This document shows positions 38,433-52,228 of a stretch of DNA of 64,000 nt, piece by piece (positions within the stretch are counted from its first letter, which is position 1; every line of letters begins with the position of its first letter). This DNA is from Botryllus schlosseri (taxonomy: Eukaryota). The notes below the pieces were generated by a model. It saw nothing but the letters and a program-made list of their open reading frames with translations, was not told the origin of the DNA and did no database searches. The stretch is taken from positions 6,448,001 to 6,512,000 of the forward strand of contig CM119378.1 of the NCBI GenBank assembly GCA_051294905.1, written 5' to 3'. A program made the translations under genes and the position numbers.

Positions 38433-41346
38433 TACTATATTGTACTGTACGTACATGGCTGTGTCCATTTTTGACATATATGATGTGATGATTTAGTCAA
38501 ACAACTGAAAGCAAATCAGCTGTGTGAAGAATACCATATGTGTACTCTATATAAAGTAAGCTAATATACGACTGATTCTTCCTGCATGCTTCCCTTCCTT
38601 TTTTCCATGTTGTCGACAGCTGTATACCTGGAAAGTTTGAGAAGGACGTGTTCTATTGACGCCTGTAAAGTGTCAATCTGAAATTGATTATAATCGTGAC
38701 AATCGTAATGCCAGTTGTAGTTTTCCTTAATCTCAGCGACTGGAAAACAAAGGCAGTAGACAGGGTCACGTCACGTCAGGGTATTGATTTGGTAGTAAGA
38801 TAAAGCGAAATAAATTCTACAGTTTGTCCATTCATTTCGAAAGCAGTACCGGAAAGACTCTTGCATTCTTGGTAGACAGATTTGCACGGTTCATCCATGG
38901 CGCCATCCGGTGGTAACAATAAGAATTCATTATCGCATAGTAATAGTATCCCGAACAGATATCGACTTACATGTTCATGTAATCGCCCAATTTGAGGCGT
39001 ATCGTAATACTAGAAAATTCACAAGATCGTTGTTTCCGTGCTCGCGAGCCTTTCATCAGTTATCTCTGTATCAGCAACGGATTGACCCGGATACTGCCGA
39101 GATATCGTGTCTGCTAGTTGCTTCTATTTATTGTTGCGAAACCGCTGACGAACCTGAAACTTGACAGAAATTCGAGTATACACTTTAATGGATAGAAGCA
39201 TATTTGTATTTTCTTAGCCGCTGTTCAGGTGAAATATTAAAGCCTTCCGGCTGACCTGTACAGTGTACATTCGTACGAAAGTTCGGAATAGCCAGTTATT
39301 TATTCGTCCACTGTGTTAGTTAAGCAGCAAGAGAAGAATCCCTCGGAAACCAATACCACTAGTAAACATCAGGGTGTTGTCAGTTAAATTGGCAGCGCTA
39401 TAGCTCCAATCGACATCTATATGAATTGGAATTATCGATAGCCGATGTTGAGGTACGAGAGGTAAAGTGTAGTCTCAACGCAAATCTTTTTGAATTAAAA
39501 ACCAAAGATAGTGGCTTCTGATTGGATTCGAGAGCCAATAAGGTAACCTATGAGAGCACAAAATGTACCGGTCCAGCATGGTAAGTTTCGATTTATCACT
39601 TTTATAAAACACAGGGCAGGACAACCTTTTCGGCCAAAGGGCCACGTAAGATTTACGAACCATTGCGCGGGCCACTTACGTGTTCATGACATTTTCTCAG
39701 GCGTCCGATAGGGCCGAACCGAGTTAGGTTACGATGAAAACAAGACTTAGCCTACTACGCATCAAAATCGATAACAATTATATCATGAAAAGTCAGTGTG
39801 CATTAATGTCCTAGCAACGGCAGGAACGAAATAATTCAAAGCTAATGAATGAATTCTGTCAATTATTGATACTTGCATATATTACGGGTCATCTCTGCAT
39901 ACCACTGGGCTCATTTAGCAAGGAAAGGATTATTCGGTGCATGGACATAACAATATCAAAGATTTCGGCGAATATGCGTCTATCATTTTGTGCAAATGTT
40001 TCATCATCGACGCATGACGCGTAACAATACTAAAAGCAAGAAATCGAGTCACACTAAATCGTGCTAAGTGCTAAGAAAAAAATTCAAGTCAAGTATAGAT
40101 CTGCCACGAAATATTCCCCGTTATATGGTCATATACGAAGATCTACAAAAAATGTGGCTGACCCCTGATGGCTACGCCAATGCGTCGGAACTGATATTTT
40201 ATTCATCAACCTACCAAATTTCGCGGTCAGGCTTATCAAAGTTTTGGTTGGGCTTGAAAATTCAATACTTGAGTAATTTATTTTCTGATGATGTAACTAA
40301 TTTCGAGAATTATACCTCGCGAGCCACTCAAAACCTTCTCACCGGCCACGTGCGTTGGCTGCTTTACCCGCTATCGTACCATCCGGTTATAGTAGCGATG
40401 TAAATTTATCTTTGGAGATAAATTACCTTCTGTTGGTCTTGATTAATGTTCGATCACTCCTATCTCCATATACCGCTAGTAGTGCATTTACACTCTTGTT
40501 TACATTCCATGAGCTGATATCACTTTTGCCGTCGCGACTCCTAACGAATTCCTTACGTACTTAACGTTACGTCTTCGATGATTACGCCATAGATTTATAG
40601 ATACAGCTGACATATGATACAGCGACATTGATAGTTGAATTGATGCATTAGTGATGTATATGGATAGCTGTACGTACGCTATAAACTTCGGACAATTTCC
40701 GTACATGACACATAGTTAATTTACAAGTATAATAAAATTAGCGATTTACAAAACTACTTCTAGTGCGAATAGAAAATTAAAGACCTGAAAGTAAGTATTT
40801 TCGTAACGTAAATTTATTCGAGGGAGCGCATATACTTTTGGCAGTTGATAGGCGGTGGCTACCTTCAAAATTGCAAGATGCACCATCGAGACTAAAGCAG
40901 AATGGCTACAATGAAGCTGAAAATATAGGTGCGTAATCTTCGAAAATGTATTCGGCAGTTACTGCGATGTATATAATGGTCCTTATGACATAAAAGTCCG
41001 CAAACTTATCCCGAAACTACTTTCCTTACTTCTCAATATCCAAAGCGTAAACAATAAGTATAGTTTTGCAGACAAACGATTCAAGTTGGCGCCTAAATAG
41101 CCTGAGAACACGTGAGTAAAGAGCAAGTATAGGTAAACCCGATTCGAGCACTTCGAAAAAGTACAAGTACTCCGTTACTGCTCCTCTCCGCGCACATTAT
41201 ATCGTTTAAAAGGACACTGCTAAAGCGGAAACATGGTTTTTCTAAATTAAAAATCATAACATTCCAGAAACATTACCCAATCGCCTACGCTTTTGTGAGC
41301 TGATATGCGAATTCCCCAAACACTTTACAGCCGTATGCGGTCCGAG

Positions 41347-42617
41347 GGTTAGTTCGGATATCAATAATTTTCACTATCCGGATAACGGATATATCCGGAT
41401 ATTTTGAAATTTGTCTAACCGGTTAACCGGATAATAACTGCTAAGTGAGACAATCGATTTCATTAGGTCTGCATGTAAAACGGATCGCAAAATCATTACA
41501 CAGTGTTATTGTAGAGTACCTACCTACGCGCGCAGTATGAGCGAATACGAGAAAAACCACGCAAATTTAATGTTCACTGCTTCTGCAATGCCCTCTTTTT
41601 AAAGCACAGATGCATCAATTGTGGGATCCTGCAGCCGGAACCGGAATTTTGTAATTAAGAGTCCACGTTCATTGAATGCTTTTTCAGCTTCCACAGAAGT
41701 GGGCTGAATAGAAAGCAGCGCTTCGTAGAGAGTCAAAAGGTTGGCAGGTTGTACGCCGGAAACTTCAACGTCTTTACATCCTTTTGACCATCCTTATGTT
41801 CAGGTTTGGAGTACTAGAAGGACGACTAGCTGATACTGGAATTGATGCCAACATGATACCTCGCTCTAATTCACGTGATCAGGCACGCAGCCAGCCGAAA
41901 ATGTAGGGGGATTGAAATAAAATCAGGGGGTTTCGATTTTTTTTTCGAATTAGTCATCAGCGGAAATCAATTACGCTTGCACGCACGCACATTTTTGCGA
42001 ACATTCGATGTCATTCGGTTTCGCGGCGTCACTCTCAGAATCACTAATTAGAATACACTTAACGGCGTATCGTCAACAAGCCATCGAGAGATAGGAGCCA
42101 ATGCATGCTGGGTCCGAGATGGTTAGGCCAGCGATTATATCGTTCGTAGGCCTATTGCAGATGCGATTGTGTAGGTCAACGATAATATCGTGAGCACCAA
42201 GCCAATGAAGATGCGATTGTGCAGGCCAGCGATGGAATAGTGTGTACACTGCACGTGGCCCATTGCAGATGCGATTCTTCAATCCAGTGGAACTATCTGC
42301 TTGTTGAAGACGCGATAAATCAGGCCAGAGACGATAGCAGAGCGCGCGGCAATCAATGACCTAATTTAACGATCTTCTCAGCAGGAGATCGCGTCACATT
42401 ACATTGTGCAATGTGTACAGACGCATCTCGCTAATTGGCAACACGCCTCTCGTTAATCGGCCGCGCCAACACTGAATACGACTTATTGAAGCATACTAAA
42501 ACGTGTAAAATGCATTAGCAACGATTCTTTTTTATCCGGTTAACCGGCAGAAAAATATCCGGATATCAGATAGTGAAAATACCTGCGGTTAACCGTTATC
42601 CGGATAATCCAACCCTA
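41347..42617 (-). mobile_element. Internally deleted hAT transposon, copy A2 (inverted relative to A1)
   Basis: Reverse complement of 18124..19398 with few mismatches (2 in a ~95-nt stretch checked); own 8-bp TSD GGTCCGAG (41339-41346, 42618-42625); terminal TAG lost at one junction; hATC remnant near 41580-41740. Confidence 0.92.
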
Positions 42618-45330
42618 GGTCCGAGGTTACTTGTAAAACAATATTTTGATTTTTTCACAATTTGGTCGGTTTTCTCTATAGTTCCATAGGTATTTGCTCC
42701 CATGGTCGAAATCAATGCGTCCGGGATAACTGCAGTTGTCAACTTTCAGAATAAACGATTAATTGGAATCCTTGTTCGATTGGTTCGAAAATTATTAGTC
42801 TACTGATATGCGCTGAAGATAGTGCACACCAGAGTTGGATCCATTGTAATTTGCAATTGAGCTGAATGTAATTAATTACATTTTTTCATGTAATTGTAAT
42901 TGAAGCCTTTCTATTTTGTGTAATTGTAGTCGTAATTTGATAAAAATTTTGCTCAATTACAAATTCAATTACATTTTTATGGAAACCTGACAATCACAAC
43001 ATAAAATAATCAATCAATCAATCAGTTATTCGTCACACCAGAGAAAATCCGGTACACTGAAAAAAAATTTACCTCGAAATGTCTGGAAGCAGGGTGGCCA
43101 GCCACTTGGCAGTAATATAGCATTACCGTCACTCAATGTAAATTTAACTTACACCCGTCCGGTAATTTAACTTTACACGCCAGACTGTAATGTTACAGTC
43201 ACCTCTGGTATATTCAATCTACATTTTCTTCAGTACATTTACCACCGAGACTGTAATTTTACCGCCTCACCTACCTACAACCCTACATGCTGTCCTTGTA
43301 AATCAGATTACATGCCAGCTTGTAAATTCACATCTCAGCCTATATCCGTACCTATCCCAAAGCAACGCGATGCCAAAATACCGCAAAAGTTTCTTCACGC
43401 TCTCAAGACGACATTAGGACAACTGTATAATGTGTATATTCATTCATGATTCACGATGAAAAAGTATTGCTGCTGGAGGTATAATTCTTGTTTAGGAGGC
43501 ATGCAAATATAGCACGAGTGGTCCCAAGAAAAGGTGAATTAATTCCACCGCCGGATAAACTTCCAATTGTTACTTTTTCTCGTCTTCACTCCTTCTGTGT
43601 GACTAGTATCTTGCAGTTCCACTAAAAATAATTCATGCGTAAGTCGCTATACTAAACTACGTTGCTAACCTAGACACGACTTATAAAGACTAAGACAAAT
43701 AGGCTAACAAAAATATAACAAGTTTTGAAGTACCGGTACTGGTACATGGTACATTGTGAGTTGACGACTCCTCATTTGGCATGATATGGCAGAGATTCAC
43801 GACTTAAATGATCAATGTATTGAAAGAAAAGGTGCCTCAATTGATGCGGCATGTGAGCCAAACATATCGAGCAGTGGATGAAAACATATCTAAGCTATGA
43901 CCCGATAAATGTCAATAACAATCTAACAGTTTCAACTACTCCGCGGCAGAGTATGTGGTGTCGCAGGTCATTATACAAGTCGACTAATATCCCAAAATAG
44001 AACTGAGAATGCGGCGACTGAAATATTTAAATAATGAAACCGAAGTCATCCGGGTGGTGTGCACAGTCGTAGATATTCACGGTAACTAATACTATACAGT
44101 ACTGTACCTTTTACGATGCGCATCCCATTCATCAGTCCTGGGAATCTTCAACGAAAGTTTAATCTTCAATCATAAGTCACAAGCTTCGCACCGTCAGCCT
44201 TTGCATGCCCAAAGCTCAATATTAATGACCGACCAGTCGGCTACTCGGCTCGACACGCAGACGACTTTGAAATAAGTGATATTCATCCGCTCACATATGC
44301 CACCAATAATATTTACTGTCCACGTTATAATGTTCAATCCAGGTTGGTTTTTCATACAGAAACATCTATCAACACATATAGTCCCTTACTTTCGCAACTA
44401 ATTTCGTATATATTTATCTTTATTGCTCCACGTGTGGTTCCCTACTTACTTACCTAACCGGACGCTATCTGTGATGTCACAGTTGATTGTTGGTTGTTTA
44501 CTACGAATCTCAGAAAAACCCGCACGCGCAACCTAAGGTAACCTATTATAGGTCGCCGTGTCCGCCATTAAGAAATGGTCAACTGAGCCTGCTGTGCTGA
44601 TATTTCTAGTTTCAGGAATAAGATGATATATCCTAAACTGATTTTTGTAACTCATCAGCCCTATCTGTTACAACAAATCTAACCGCCGAGACCGACCGTG
44701 TAGCCATAGCCTTATAATATAATGTCTATGGTGTAACTACATTGTCAGCTGCTTCTTGCACCCAACTATACACTATACCGAAATTGGTACTAGGGTCAAC
44801 CAGTTCCGTGTGACCTAACCCTGTCTCGCGAACGAGGTTGAATCAGGTCAAATCGCAACGAGAATGATATCACAGTGACATGCACTTCCACGTATCTACT
44901 GGTCACTGGGGCTTGGAAGCTAATCAATTTTGCCAATAGCTTGGTAAAATGCCGTAGCGAGTAACTGTCAGTAACCTTGTGAAGAAATTCTGGTAACTTG
45001 ACTTAGCAGCTAAATTAATGTAATATTGCATATCAAAATGTAAAATGACAAGCTACACGCTGCTACTGGCTGCGACCGGTAATTCGTTGTAAAATTTACA
45101 TACATTTCTTTGTAAATCTACCAGATTTTTTTGTGTGTACAGACCAGGATGACGACGAGAGGCCGCAAGGCCTTAAGGCCTTAGTACACAGTCGCCACCT
45201 GAAATAATTAGCTTATTTACATCGGTGTTCTGTGCGTGCCGCGTTACAGCTAGATAATTCAGCCATGCTAAACTGTTTCCCATACTTCAATAGCAACAGA
45301 AAACTTTGTGAATTACAAAATAGGCTAAAC

Positions 45331-45561
45331 CAGTGGTTCTCAAACTGGGGAGAGTGCCCTCCTTGGGCGGCGTGAAAGCATCTGAATGGGGTGCGAAGCT
45401 CCGGTAAACTGAAATTTGTTCCGCGCTTAGCGCGATTCACCTCCATTTCATAGTTATTGCTCTGCGTATATAGTCTGAATTTCATATTGGAGAATAAGGG
45501 GGGCACGAAATATTTCACCGTCATAAAGGGGGGCGTGTCTAAAAAAGTTAGAGAACCAGTG
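45331..45561. mobile_element. 231-bp Charlie-like MITE nested in 42830..47601
   Basis: TIR CAGTGGTTCTCAAACT / AGTTAGAGAACCAGTG (14/16); flanks GGCTAAAC / GACTAAAC. Confidence 0.75.
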
Positions 45562-46033
45562 GACTAAACTAAATCTTACTATATTAAAAATGAATGAACA
45601 GCAAGTAAACTCTTCTGAAACCTGTGCTGAACCATTTCCTACGACACGGTCATAGTTTTATTTTTAAACCTCTTACCAGTACCGAGGCTTGATGCAACAA
45701 TTGCAAAAATAAATTCAAGTTTCCAATCAAGGCTTCATAAAACTTCATCACGCATTTGTTGAGATATCCCAATCTTACCTCCAATCTTGGCCAAATTTAC
45801 TGGGGCCAGAAACTTTCGCACCCTAATGCTTATCAAATGCAATCTAACAGTTTACGTGCAAGTGAAAATGTAAATGCGAACCACAATGTTGTAATTCGTA
45901 GTTATCAGGAGGTTCTTTCCTTTTGCATTTATTTCAATTTTACACATCTTATCGGCATCATCCTTATCGCTGACGACTTACCAATTACATTTCATTATGC
46001 TCACTCAGCTCTGAGTAGCCTAATCGTTTGATT

Positions 46034-47187
46034 CAGGGGTCTCCAACACGCGGCCCGCGGGCCGCATGCGGCCCGCGAGGTCATATTTTGCGGCCCGCGA
46101 CCTGATTTGAAAAAATTTCAGAAAAACGTTTAGTAAATCATTTTGAAACATATTGTTGTTGTTTTTCAAAGTAAGTCATTCTATGTGCCCAATATCACTA
46201 TTACTCACTAGTTGATACGGCTTCGGCATGGTAATATCATTCCATGGATGAACAATTTGCTGGTGCGAATGTGCATATTGCCTTGACGTGCAATGGCCCA
46301 CCACTGCCAAGACCGAGACGCTTGAAAAACGACTTCGGGCTCTCCAAAACACCATGCTTTACGAGGAGACAGTTGTCTACCAAATAGGCCTACCGTGTCT
46401 AGCTAACCCCAATATTGAATCTTTAATCCAAGGGTGGTCAATCTGCGGCAGTAGAAGGGAAATTATGCGGCTGTCGACACTTTTAATAACTACCCTAAGT
46501 TTTCGAAGATACCCCCTGCATCAGCTGTATCGGTGAATCTGATCACATTGGCCGAGAAAGGATAAGTATTTTATAGTAATATGTGAAACGATACTAATAT
46601 TTATTGACGAAATTCACTCATGAACATAAAAAATTTTCGCGCTTCGCGCGACTACAGAATGGTTTCATGTGGCTCTTTACAACATAACTACTAGCGTTTT
46701 CAGTGCGCATAGTAAGCCGATATGCGTAAATAGATGAGTTGGGAGTGTACCGGCAATGGACATGGACAGTTTAACGTGGGTATTTGACCCCAGTTAGTTT
46801 ATCACGAATATCCACCGGTATGCGGCCGCAGGCTGCATGAGTAATCGACATGCGGCCGTGAATAGCAAAAATCATGGCCACCCCTGTTTTAGCGGCTACA
46901 GCGTGTTGTCAGGTATCGTGTACAGCTCATAGTTCAAAATGTAATGAAATTGATCATCATGATACTTTTTGTTGTATTTGTGTTAGTTCAATAAAAAATT
47001 ATTTCTTTTGTGGTGACTATAGCCGTCGCCCCGGTTAGAGAGCACAGCATTGTAATAACGTAGAGTTATCAGACGTGGTTGTTGAACTGCGTTGCCTACT
47101 TTTATCTCGATATTGATGTCATGCGGCCCGCGGCCTCTAGGAATTTGGAAAAGTGGCCCGCGACCCATTTTGAGTTGGCGACCCCTG
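46034..47187. mobile_element. 1154-bp hAT element nested in 42830..47601
   Basis: TIR CAGGGGTC(T/G)CCAAC (13/14); exact 8-bp TSD GTTTGATT; GCGGCCCGCG motifs. Confidence 0.88.
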
Positions 47188-47939
47188 GTTTGATTATATT
47201 TCATTGACTGTCCTGTAGCCTACTGGCTGTTAGTCGCTCAAACTTTTGGCAGCCAAAAGTCGCTTGAAACATGTTTCTGTGATTTTTGTTTACATTATCA
47301 TGATTAGGAATAGTTCGAATACGTTCGAGTTTTTTTTTGATTAAAGGGTATTATACGTATCATGAATGAAACATGAATACTGAATAGCTTGAGATTGCTG
47401 CTGTCAAAGAACACCTCTCTACCGATTCAATTACATGTTTAACAGTAGTTGTAATTGTAATTAATAACATGTTCAACAGTAATTGTAATTGTAATCCGAT
47501 ATTTTTAGCATTGAGTAATTGTAATGGTAATATAATTGAAACATGCAAGGGAGTAATTGTATTTGTAATTGAACTGAATTATTGTAATTGATCCAACTCT
47601 GGTGCACACTATAATAAGAAGTACTAGATTGTGTAATTGGGCGCTTTACAGTCTTTCAAACCATGAAATACGCGACAGTACTTCACACGGTATATTTACC
47701 ACTATATGAAGCGGGAATTTTCTAATATAAAACAGAACCAAGTGGAAGTAAGTAGGCGAGTAACTTAAGCATATCGAAGAAGTCAAAAACTGCTCAAATC
47801 CGTACCAAACTTTCACAGGATATTATTCGTTCCTCATTGCGAAACTCATATACGTATCTGTTATACAAGCGAGTTGTTGATATTTTGGAAACTGGCACAC
47901 TGCAATCTGCATACGTACTTTGTGATCTACTAGCTAGAC

Positions 47940-49986
47940 CAGTGGTTCCCAAACTTTTTCGCTGTGAGGGCCAAATTTAGAATTTCAGAGTACGGTCGGG
48001 GCCGCACGAATACTACGGCTATGGAACGGACCCAAACAGTGATCATGGCTATTTCGCAGTAGTTCTATTGCCCTGGCGAGATTTCAAAACTGTACACTGT
48101 TTACCGCTACTTATCTGCTGCATTGGGTGTCCGTTGAGTGAATCAGCTTTTCTAGCCTAAACGAGCGAAGCGAGAAATTTCTTTAGTTTCATGACTGAAT
48201 CGGTCAATATGTTCGGGAATTGCATGTATTGCTATCAATTTTCATCCTGTCTCTGTTCACGTAATCTGATTTACCGGTAGAGCTGAGGGAGGTGTGTTTG
48301 AAAAGGTAGAGGCCCCTCAATAGTAATTAAACATCTCTGGGGGTATACCCGTTGGCAGGAACGTAACAGCACTTCGTCAGGACCCCGGGCTCCCACAGGG
48401 TGATGAACTGACCCCGCATCACGTTGTTCGCTTTTGCCACGAAATTAAAGCTGTAGCCTACTGTTTAGTGAGACAGCGCGACGCGCGAATATTTCGATAA
48501 TTCATGATAAAATCGGTGAATAAGATCGGGAATTACATGGTTGTCCTCTTTGCCCACGTAATCAGATTTACCGGTAGAGTGCCCACGTAATCAGATTTAC
48601 CGGTAGAGCTGAGTGAGACGTGTCTTTGAAACTGCGGACCCCGTAAAATTAAACATCTTCGGGCTGGCGGACCCCTAGGTATGACTTCTTTACATGATGT
48701 TATTTCGTGACCGCCTGTCTGCTATACTAAAAAATGTAGAATTGCCCAAACCTACTAAGCTGAAAGATCACACGATTTCAGATTGGTATTTTTCTTCACT
48801 GGCATATAATTTTCTTTCCTGCGGGATGGTAGCCTTTGTCTTGTGAGGTTCAGATTGCCAAGACAAGAACATTCGGCGCCAGTGATTTAGGCGCCTTTAT
48901 GGACAATTAAACCTATATGTGTTTTGTATATATAACGAAGTTTTTGGTCAGCATAAAAGCAGTCCTTCACGGCCAAGGCTTTCTCGCTGCTGATCGTTCT
49001 GACACACTTCTTGGAGTCACAGGTCGTGGTGCGTTGTGGTGCGGTCATGGCCAACGCTGATATGCCCATTTCTATAAATCTTGCGTATTTTTTCTTGGGG
49101 AAGAGTACCCAATAATCACAATAAGTTGCGAATTGAAATCACGCGTATCGCGAAATTTTTTTGAAAAAGATGCATAAATTTTCAAAAATTACTCTATAAT
49201 TTATGCTAATTCACAAAATAATTTTGGGCCCCCTTCGAGCTCGGCCCCCCTCAATTGGGGGGTTTGGGGTGCGGCAGCTATGGCCCTGACTATAGGACTA
49301 CCAATTATGCGGCTTTTAGCCAGCTAAGCAGTATGCATCTCGGCGTATTCAACCGTGAGTCACGTGTTGCACATCTAGTTACCATAGGGTTACCATTACC
49401 ATACGTCCTCTTTTAGGATGATTTGTTTTTTTTTTTTTTTTTTTGAGATTTTGTCTTCTTTTTTGAGGATTTTGGTTACATATAGGGCCAAATTCGCCTG
49501 ATAGACATTAAGTCAGCACTGTAGGAACGCTACGGCGGCTATTTCGGGAGCTGGACCGGAAAGTTTACCTTTTTTTTCAGTCAACCACCTGTTAATGTGG
49601 AAGAAAAACTGTATTTTCCGGGAATTGAGCCTCTTTTTTATTTTTAGTCAAGCGACCACGAAGTGGGAAAAATTTACCATTTTTTCAGGATTTTCCTCCG
49701 GTTTTGAAAGTTATCAATACGGTACCTATTTATATCTACTACTCGTTCAACTGGAAAGTTAGGGCACATTGCATTGAAACAGCAGTGACGTAACGTTAAC
49801 AGTCTATACTCACAACTTTCCTGCAATTCTATAATTAAAAACTACAGAGGCCAAGCCAAGCAAGAGTATTTTATAAATATAAATTTTATTTTTGTCATAA
49901 ATCGATTTCTTAATATATGTTGGGGGCCGCAAGAAGGCTATCTGAGGGCCGCATGCGGCCCTCGGGGCCGCACTTGGGAATCACTG
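47940..49986. mobile_element. 2047-bp Charlie/Buster-like hAT element containing a truncated copy of the 6844..8152 family (~48090-49288)
   Basis: TIR CAGTG(G/A)TTCCCAA (12/13); exact 8-bp TSD AGCTAGAC; perfect 29-bp tandem duplication at 48551-48608; T19 run at 49426-49444. Confidence 0.9.
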
Positions 49987-51722
49987 AGCTAGACTATACA
50001 GCAGGGGTCATCACGAGTGGCATGCGAGATGATTTTTCATGGCACGCCAAATGATTTCATGCACGATGTATTGTAACCATGTTTGTTGCAAAAAGTAAAA
50101 CAAAAGTTTTCAAAATGGAAAATCATGACGCCACCGGGACGTGAGCCCATCAGCTATGATTTTGTTGACAAGCCAATATGTGACACTACATGGCATAATG
50201 CGGTCCATGTTTACTACTCATTTTCAGCTTTTCTCGAACCGACTTTCCCTAGTTTTCTTGAAAGTTAGTGTGAAGCGAGTCAAAACCTATGTGGTAAGGT
50301 GAGGCCGTTGGGCTGCTTTAGTCTAGGGGTGTGCACGTGCAACATTTGGGAGCGGGACTTTTAGGATCCGGCATTTTTTGTAATAAGCTGTGCAAATATT
50401 TACGTGCATTAAACGATAGCTCTTGCGCGGAAGCGACATGAATGCATACATACCCTTTGCGAACCATACTTTGAGAACCACTGGCGTAACCGATTCCGTT
50501 GTCAACTTTAGCAAAGCGGTATACCTATAGGTGGGATTCCTTGCTTGAAAAGATGATTAGGGAAAAACGAATTAAGTTTGGCACGCCAGTTGGTCATATT
50601 TTGACATTGGCATATTTTGTCACGCTACATACGAAAGTTTGCCTATAGCCAATAGTTTGCGCTTACAATATTCATTATTTTCATATTCATTCCGATATCG
50701 CGAAGAGTTTAGGCGAGTGTTGTCACCGATTCCACTCGAAGATTAGAATTGCGATGCCATGCTATGCTACAGCTATAGGCTATACCATAATTTATTCTGT
50801 AGATATACACTCATGTCATTGTCCATTTATTGGAATTCAACGGTCACGTAAATTCTAGTTATGATGTCGGAAGCGGAATTTGGCGTTATGGAAGCAACAA
50901 AACATTCCACACGGGAGTATTTTCTGATCTACCCCTAAATCTGACAATTGAATTCTTCATTTTGTAGAGGTAACTACCTGAATACTTGATTCAAAGATGA
51001 CGTTTAAAATGGTCGTCTATTATATGTTTTGAACGGGATTCATACATAAAATATTAAAAACCGATGCATAGTAGGAAAGAATGTAAGTTACAACTCATGG
51101 AACAAAACAGAATTTTCTACACGTCATCGATAATAATATGCCGGAAAGGACAGTTGGACGATTATCTGGCTCTGGAATAGAGAAAATAGTTACACCACCA
51201 CATCCATGGTCATATATCTTTATTTCGATCTCATAAAACTTGTATGGAACGCTGTAATGAGTCGCATATATATCACAGCAGTTCCCAGAAAGTCACTCTA
51301 TGAGAGTTCTTTCCCACATATCCGTACTGAAGTTGAAACATGTGTCAGTGTAAATTTAAAAAGATTGATCACAATTTCCTGTTGCGTTCGCATTATGAAT
51401 TAAAGTTATTTCTCTATATGTATCCCTCCGATACCAGTCGTATAATTCGAGGTATATGTTTGTCGCAAATATGGGGAAGTAGTTTGAACATTATGTAAAA
51501 AGGAAATATTTGCAACTATATGCATTTTCAAGTTTTTGATATTGGTGCAGGGTTAAGTCAAGAAGAGTAGGTATATCACTCGAGGGAACAATCATCATTA
51601 TGTTATTCTGCATTCCCGTGTTCAGTATTGTTTCGTTATTGCTGGGGTGTTCGGTCGTGGCGGGATTACATGGACAATGGACAGGAATACCATGTGCAAA
51701 TCTAGACTGGTTATGTACATCT

Positions 51723-52228
51723 GCTGGTTGTTTAAAACACCTTGTTTTAAACAAAGGCCCTTTTTTTTAATAAATTGTGTTTTCTCTAGTTGTATTGTAT
51801 AGTTATGCCATAATTGTGTAAATACTTTACAAAAACATGTTGTATGAGCCTACGGACGACGATTACCACACGATATAGCCGACATATACGATATGGGATG
51901 GTTGGAACCCTCAAAATAAAGTCGGTTCAATAGCTAGATCATTGGTCCGGAAGGAATGTTCTGATGATGATGAATGCTGACCGTAAAAATGCCGCAAGAC
52001 AAAGTATTCCTAGTTAAAGATATTTTCAGTCCTATATGACAAGGGATGGAAGCCTATTTCGACAAAGGAGCTATATTTACCCTATATTTTCAATTGTGAA
52101 TATCAATCCACTATGACGTCACAATTGAATATGCGTGACGTCATGGATTGATAAAAAAACATGTTTTAAACAAGGGCCTTGTTTTTAACATGTTTGTTTT
52201 AAATTGATTTTTGTTTTAGACACAACCT
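51723..52228. mobile_element. Degenerate reversed copy of the 33045/57520 MITE family
   Basis: Internal sequence matches the reverse complement of 33045..33459 (e.g. GATATGGGATGGTTGGAACCCTCAAAATA); ends decayed; flanks GTACATCT / GTACATCA. Confidence 0.65.

Larger units (their letters stand above)
42830..47601. mobile_element. 4.8-kb non-autonomous hAT-type element with two nested MITEs
   Basis: Perfect 12-bp TIR CAGAGTTGGATC; exact 8-bp TSD GTGCACAC; GTAATT arrays at both ends; no transposase ORF recognised. Confidence 0.85.

Noticed and set aside
50002-50650. Mixed hAT-like end fragments (CAGGGGTCATCAC, TTGAGAACCACTG, TGGCACGCC)
   Set aside because: No consistent TIR pair or TSD; too decayed to call.
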